DNA of 64,000 nt, taken from NCBI RefSeq assembly GCF_009914755.1, contig NC_060942.1; one strand, given 5' to 3'. The notes beneath the pieces are model-generated. The model had not been told where the DNA came from, did not search any database, and was given only the letters and a program-made list of their open reading frames with translations. The DNA comes from the human T2T-CHM13v2.0 reference genome, Homo sapiens. Below, piece after piece: positions 57,176 through 64,000 of the stretch. The translations under genes and the position numbers were made by a program. Every line of letters begins with the position of its first letter. Position 1 is the stretch's first letter.

Positions 57176-58469
57176 AGGGGTTGGGATAATAAGTATGTGC
57201 TCAATGATATCAATTCAGACCATCTTCTCTATTAGCCTAATCTCTACCTTACCTGAGTCATTTCCCAAAATGACTTCAGCCTGGCTTTCATGAAGTTGTC
57301 AGAACTTGTTGAATCAAGAAAAATTAAACTCATACAACCCACACACACAGGCAGACATCTCTCTTCCTCCCTCAGTCTCCACGAATGCTCCTGAACACCT
57401 AAGTGCTTTGCAAGGACATGATGCCTGCAGACACAGCAACTATGGATGTGGTCTAGTCTATTCCTTATCCTAAAACTATGGGGGATACAGGTAGTCCTGG
57501 ACTTTTAAAGGTTCAGGGGCTGCCATGCTGTCCTTGACTTTCCTATAATCTGCATTTTGAACATCTGACCATTAAACACAGATATACTTGATCTTTCTCC
57601 AGCCAAATGCAGTCTTTCAGTATCAGCGGACATAGGCGGATTGTAGCTTACTGCCACACTGCTCCTCAGAGCCTCAATTGCTGTGGGAGTGGGGAGTCCA
57701 AGAGGGAGACTGAGAACCTTACCCTCCACCTTCCAAACCCCCCTCCCCGCAACCACAGACATTCTCTCAGCCCTCAGCTGCCTCAGGCAGAATTTCACTC
57801 ACTCCTCAGTCCTGCCCATTGGACCTTCACTGAAGCTCTGGACTGGCTAAATGTGAAGTCTATTATGTCAGGTCACAGCTAGGACAGGGTCCTCTTTTAG
57901 CCAGGGTGCCCCTCCCCAAAGCAATGCCTGAGACCAGGGCTTGTCAGACGTTTCATTTGGGATGTGTCTTCAGGGAGCAGCCGCGAGCAGTGGGAGAGGG
58001 AAAGACAGAAAGAGAGAAAGAGACAGCAAGATTGCCCTGAGGAATGGGCCCACTGCAGACCTCATCACTCCATGTGGGGCTCCTGAAAATCCCTGTGAAG
58101 TAAGTCTCAGAACCAGCTACTTGACTGATACAAAGGACAAGCATTTGTCTGGAAGCTTCTATCTCCCATTGGCAAAGGGTTGCTCCATGGAGTTTCAACT
58201 CCTGTCACTTTGATTATTCATGTATGAGAGCTAAACCCATATGCACTCCATGCACCATGGTGTCACAGGAGTGCTGGGATCCACATCAGACAGGCACCGG
58301 GCAGGCTTGACATGAGGTGCTGAGAGCTCAAAGCAGGTTGGAGCCTACAGGGAACTGATGCCATAGAGGGAACCAGGGGTGACGCCAAGAGGGTGGGAGG
58401 TGGTGCATGAGAGGCTTGGAATAGACAGGCCGCCCCCCATCTCACCCCTCTGCCCTCCTTCTACCTCAC

Positions 58470-60465
58470 GCCTTTCACCCCCCACCATGATTCTGAGGCC
58501 TCCCCAGCCATGTGGAACTGTAAGTCCAATTAAACCTCTTTTTGTTCCCAGTTTGTCTTTATCAGCCAGCTTGAAAACAAACTAATACAATAAATTGGTA
58601 CCAGTAGAGTGGAGCGTTGCTGAAAAGATACCCCAAAATGTGGAAGCAACTTTGAAACTGGGTAACAGGCAGAGGTTGGAACAGTTTGGAGGGCTCAGAA
58701 GAAGGCAGGAAAATGTGGGAAAGTTTGGAACCTCCTAGAGACTTGTTGAATGGCTTTGACAAAAATGCTGATAGTGATATGAACAATAAGGTCCAGGCTG
58801 AGGTGGTCTCAGATGGAGATAAGGAACTTGCTGGGAACTGGAGCAAAGGTATATCTTGCTATGTTTTAGCAAAGAGACTAGTGGCATTTTGCCCCTGCCC
58901 TAGAGATTTGTGGAATTTTGAACTTGAGAGAGATGATTTAGGGTATCTGGCAGAAGAAATTTCTAAGCAGCAAAGCATTCGAAATGTGACTTGGGTTCTG
59001 TTAAAAGCATTCCATTTTAAAAGGGAAACAGAGCATAAAAGTTCAGAAAATTTGCCGCCTGTCGATGCAGTAGAAAAGAAAACCTCATTTCTTGAGGAGA
59101 AATTCAAGCCGGCTGCAGAAATTTGCATAAGTAGCATGGAGCCTAATATTAATCCCCAAGACCATGGGAAAGATGTCTCCAGGCCATGTCAGCACAGGCT
59201 CTGAGGCCCAGGAGGAAAGAGTGGTTTCCTGGGCCGGGCCCAGGGTCCACATGCTGTGTGCAGCCTAGGGACTTGGTGCCCTGTGTCCCAGCCACTCCAG
59301 CCATGGATGAAAGGGGCCCACATAGAGCTCGGGCTGTGGCTTCAGAGGGTGGAAGCCCCAAGCCTTGGCAGCTTCCACCTGGTGTTGAGAATGCAGGTGC
59401 ACAGAAGTCAAGAATTGAGGTTTGGAAACCTCCAACTAGATTTCAGAAGATGTGTGGAAACGCCTGGATGCCCAGGCAAAAGTTTGCTACAGGGGCAGGG
59501 GCCTCATGGAGAACCTCTGCTAGGATAGTGCAGAAAGGAGATGTGGGGTCAGAGCCCCCATACAGAGTCTCTACTGGGGCACTGCCTATTGGAGCTGTGA
59601 GAAGAGGGCCATCATCCTCCAGACACCAGAATGGTAAATCCACCGAGAGCTTGCAATGTACACTTGGGAAAGCTGCAGACACTCAATGCCAGGCAGTGAA
59701 ATCAGCCAGGAAGGAGGCTGTACCCTGCAAAGCCATAGGGGTGCAGCTGCCCAAGCCCATGGGAACCCACTTCTTGCATCATTGTGACCTGGATGTGAGA
59801 CCTGGAGTCAAAGAAGATAATTTTGGAGCTTTAAAATTTGACTGCCTGGCTGGATTTCAGACTTGCATGGGCCCTGTAACTCCTTTGTTTTGGCCAATTT
59901 CTCCCATTTGGAATGGCTGAATTTACACAAAACCTATACCCGCATTGTATCTAGGAAGTAACTAGCTTGCTTTTGATTTTACAGGCTCATAGGCAGAAGA
60001 GACTTGCCTTGTCTCAGATGAGACTTTGGACTGTGCACCTTTGGGTTAATGCTGAAATGAGTTAAGACTTTGGGGGACTGTTGGGAAGGCATAATTAGTT
60101 TTGAAATGTGAAGGCATGAGATTTGGAGGGGCCAGGGGCAGAATGATATGGTTTGGCTATGTCCCCACCCAAATCTCAACTTGAATTGTATCTCCCAGAA
60201 TTCCCACATGTTGTGGGAAGGACCCAGGACAAGGCAATTGAATCATGGGGGCTGGTCTTTCCTGTGCTATCTCATGATAGTCAGTAAGTCTCACGAGATC
60301 TGATGGGTTTATCAGGGGTTTCTGCTTTTGCTTCTTCCTCATTCTTGTCCCGCCACTGCTGTATAACAAGTGCCTTTCACCTCCTGCCATGATTCTGAGG
60401 CCTCCCCAACCACGTGGAACTGTAAGCCTAATTAAACCTCGTTTTGTTGAAAAGGAACTAATACA
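58470..60465 (+). mobile_element. THE1A MaLR provirus: truncated 5' LTR 58470-58589, internal 58590-60143, 3' LTR 60144-60465
   Basis: CTAATACA|ATAAATTGGTACCAG junction; polypurine tract GGAGGGGCCAGGGGCAGAA|TGATATGG; THE1A-type TTTTGCTTCTTCCTCATT; MaLR ORF pieces at 58686-59204 and 59186-59920. Confidence 0.93.
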
Positions 60466-62139
60466 TCCTGTCTCAAAAAAAGAAAAAAAGTGTTCAAGTT
60501 TCTTGAATAGAAAAGTATAGTAATCCACTAATATTAAATAAATCTAATTTGGGAAGTGCCACTAAAATATTGGCATGATAGTCAATTCAGGACCCCAAAG
60601 CGATGTTTTACTAAGCAGATTTCGTTAGCTGGGAAGTAGCTGAGGCTGGAGAAGAACTCCATATTACCATGCCATGTGGAGTGTTGGCACATTGCAAATG
60701 AAAGATCTGGCTTAACAAGGACTTAGGAAGCCTGCCCTCTTATCCTAACACTGTCCCTGACAAATAGTGCCTTTCAGAAAGTTATTTAGTGTTTCTGGCC
60801 TTATCTACCCATCTAGAAGATAAGGAGTTTGGGCTACATTATCTCTAAGTCCCTTTGACCTCCCGTATTCCACAATCCCCAATCCTCTCTGTTCACACAA
60901 CATAGGGACATGACAGGGATATTAATCAATTATAGTTACTGACCAAACAAGAAATCTCAAAACAGGTTTGAAGAAAGGCAATGTTAACCTGTTCTGAGTG
61001 TGTTCATAATAAAGAAATACACTCAGACTATCAGCTACCCTGACACATTGGCTTAAGAGATGTGTTACATCTGGGACTTGCTAACTGAAGTCAGCAAAGA
61101 CTTTCTATTTCCTTGAAAAGACTTCCTGAAGTCATTTTTCACAAGGTTCCAACTTTCTAAGATGTTCTGCCATAAATGCTTTAGCTGTCAGCAGGCATGG
61201 AGCCTGCCAAGTTTGGCCTCCCCAGGACATTCCGCTGGTTCTCCCCTGCTCCAGGGAAGTTGAGCACCATGTATGTTCCCACCCTTTGGGAAATACAAGC
61301 CATTCTCTCTCCTCCTTTGTTCATACACTATGAGTATCGTGATCGGTCCCAGTGCTCTCGAGCAAAGCTTGGCTGGGCTAGGCACACTCTCCACATACTC
61401 TTGTCTGGAGACACAGGAAGTTGCTAAACCAACAACCCTGCTGACTATTGAAAAATCAATATGCACGAAATAGAAAACAGGTCTGTTATGATGAACAACA
61501 GAAGAAGAGGAGAAGTGAAGAATAATGACAGATGTCATTATTGGAGACGTTGCAATCACAGAGCATATGAAAACCAAGTCTTCCTCAGGTGCCCCTCAGA
61601 ACATTTTTGGTCTGACCATTTACTCGTTCATACACACCCTTTCATGTGCTGTATTTTTCAGCATCATTACATTTTAAAGCCCCTGTTTTAAAGACAAATT
61701 TGTTAAACCAGTCAGAGCGAGAAACAATCAGCTGGCCCAAAAGATGAGAGAAGCCCAAACACATATTATTGATGGAACATGTGAAAGAATGGGGGAAAAT
61801 TGAACTTTACGTGGCTGTAGAAGAAATTGAACAAAAGACCCAGTTGGCTTCTATATTGGAGAGATTATCATATATATTTCCTAGGGATTGATTACCAAGG
61901 CTAGCTTTGTTTCAATGCTGAGGATCCTGGTAAACAAAAACAAACATGCTGAAATTACTCTGCATCCCACTTGGTCTTAGGTAGAAGATATTTGCTTACC
62001 TTTTATTTTGTAATAGTAAATAAATAAATGGGAGACTGAGGCTATTTCTATCTGTGTCCCCAGTGCTAAGTGCAATATCTGGTAATGGCCATAGAGTAAA
62101 TGAATGAATGAATGAATCAGGTACAAAAATTAGACATCT

Positions 62140-62435
62140 GTCAAGTGCAGTGACCCACGCCTGTAATCCCAACATTTTGGGAGGCCAAGGTGGGAGGGTT
62201 GATTGAGCTCAGGAGTTCAAGACCAGCTGGAGCAACATAGCAAGACCTTGTCTCTACTAAAAAATTAAAAAGATAGCCAGGTGTGGTGGTGCACACCTGT
62301 AGTCCTAGCTTCTTGGGAGGCTGAGGTGGGAGGATTGTTTGAGCCTGGGAGATTAAGGCTGCAGTGAGCTCGATCATGCCACTGCACTCCAGCCTGGGTG
62401 ACAAGGGTGACCCTGTCTCAAAATAAAATAAAAAA
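62140..62435 (+). mobile_element. Alu (AluJ-like) next to an L2 tail (62030-62120)
   Basis: Dimer with near-TSD AAAATTAGACATCT / AAAATAAGACTTCT. Confidence 0.9.
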
Positions 62436-63824
62436 TAAGACTTCTAGCCCCATCGTTTTTTACACTCCAGCACATCATTTCCCCTCATGTTTTCATTTCT
62501 GACCTGCTGTTATAAGCAGATAATCACATTGGATGAAATAATACTAATGGTGAGATTTCTATGTGCAGAGTGCTCATGGCTCCATCACTCTTACCATGCG
62601 TTTGTTAGGCATCCTCCACGCATCTTCAGGAGTTCTATCTGCCTTTGAAGCCAATGACTTGCATGTGGAACATGGCTGCTGTCTGTAAACTACAGCCTCA
62701 GTATCACTGTGCTTGCCCTAATTGGGCTAAGCCGTGGACATCTAATCACTCGCAACATCTTGTGATTTACCCAAGCAAATGTCTCTGCTATGCAACACCT
62801 TGGGGTTTCCTCTAGTGCCGCTGTAATCAGAAACCACCAGACAAGATTATACACTCTTATCTCTTAGACAGGCAGCCATAGCTGTAGTTCTATCTGGCAC
62901 TTACGTTTGCATGATGGTTAGTGGACACCGCGTCCATTTTACATACACAAGTCTAAGTTTTCCGCAGAAAGGGATAACTCCTCTTTCACATCTTTCAATG
63001 CTCCCTTGGCCCCAGCAGCAAATCATAGCACAGCATCTTTGTAAAACAGACACTCAACAAACACCTACTGAGTTGAAGAACGAGACAATGTTGCTAAACC
63101 CACACATTGTCCCTTCAAAATGGAATTTTAGCACTGACTTTGCCTTGCCTTAAGCCTGTTCCTTGGTGCTCTACAGGTCTGCAGAGCTATGTTTCAGAGA
63201 AGGTGCCATCTGCTACTGCGAATTTACAGTATCTTTCAGCAAATATGCAAAGTAAATAGGGAAAGCAGGAACAAAATTTCTCCAACTAAAAAACTGACAC
63301 AGCACAAGTGTTCTCCGAAGAAATATTTTCCATTGATGTGCCCAGTCTTAGGTGGAATAATTCCAGGTACACCTTGTTTCACCCTGATGTCTACCTTCTG
63401 AAAGAAATCCATGTGAAAATATAGCTTTTCAACTGATCTCTGGTTTCCTGGAGTGATTCTACATTCCTTGATCATTCAGCTGAGTGAAATGGAGGAAATT
63501 CAGTTTGAATCTTAGCCACTCATTCCATGGGTCCATGGAGAAACTGCTAAGTTTCACATGCATAAATTTATTACATTATTAGCTAGTCTATGGACTGCTT
63601 AGGGAATATCAAGGATGCTTGTACACACATAAAGTACCTATAAAGTACATTTTGAAAATAATGCCATGTTCTGAAAATGAATCTCTCTCAATTAACTTTT
63701 CCAAACCACAGCTTCCTGGTGGCTTCAAATCAGTATTAGGTCAATGTCAAATACTGAATCTAAGATTTAAAAATTGACTAAGACTACCCTTCTCTCTGTG
63801 AATATATACTTGTGAATTTTCTAC

Positions 63825-64000
63825 AGTGTCTAAGAGCATGTTCTCTGGAGTCAAGCCCACTGAATTCAAATACTTTTTCAACAACTTAATCCTAGTGAGT
63901 CCTTGGTAAAAGTTCTAAGTTCAAGCTTCCATGTCACGATCTGTGAAATGTTGATAGTAATAGTCCCAACCTCACTAAATTTTTGAGAAATTTGCACTGG
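63825..64000 (+). mobile_element. MIR relic
   Basis: TAAGAGCATG..CTCTGGAGTCA...GAATTCAAAT...CCTTGG...ATCTGTGAAATG...TAATAGT. Confidence 0.6.

Overview
Primate (human-like) nuclear DNA, repeat-rich and apparently intergenic or intronic. I found no host protein-coding exon that I can support, and no CpG island, tRNA, CRISPR array or prokaryotic feature. The long ORFs in the track belong to retroelements: an L1PA ORF2 remnant and a THE1A internal ORF. The main elements are about 10 Alus, a 3.2-kb 5'-inverted (twin-primed) L1PA with a 12-bp target-site duplication (TSD), and a THE1A MaLR provirus with a truncated 5' LTR. There are also several solo MaLR LTRs, DNA-transposon MITEs (MER1B, MER102, MER5A, MER58A, MER53, ORSL, Tigger4a), L2/MIR relics, a tailless 5S rRNA retropseudogene, an ancient CR1-type fragment and many microsatellites. 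Subfamily names come from recalled consensus sequences, not a database search. I see no convincing new biological system. The best leads are two dispersed ~90-110 bp duplications (one exon-like), a tail-only retro-insertion, an ancient CR1 fragment with an open frame, an orphan Alu tail beside THE1A, and a few + strand exon candidates.
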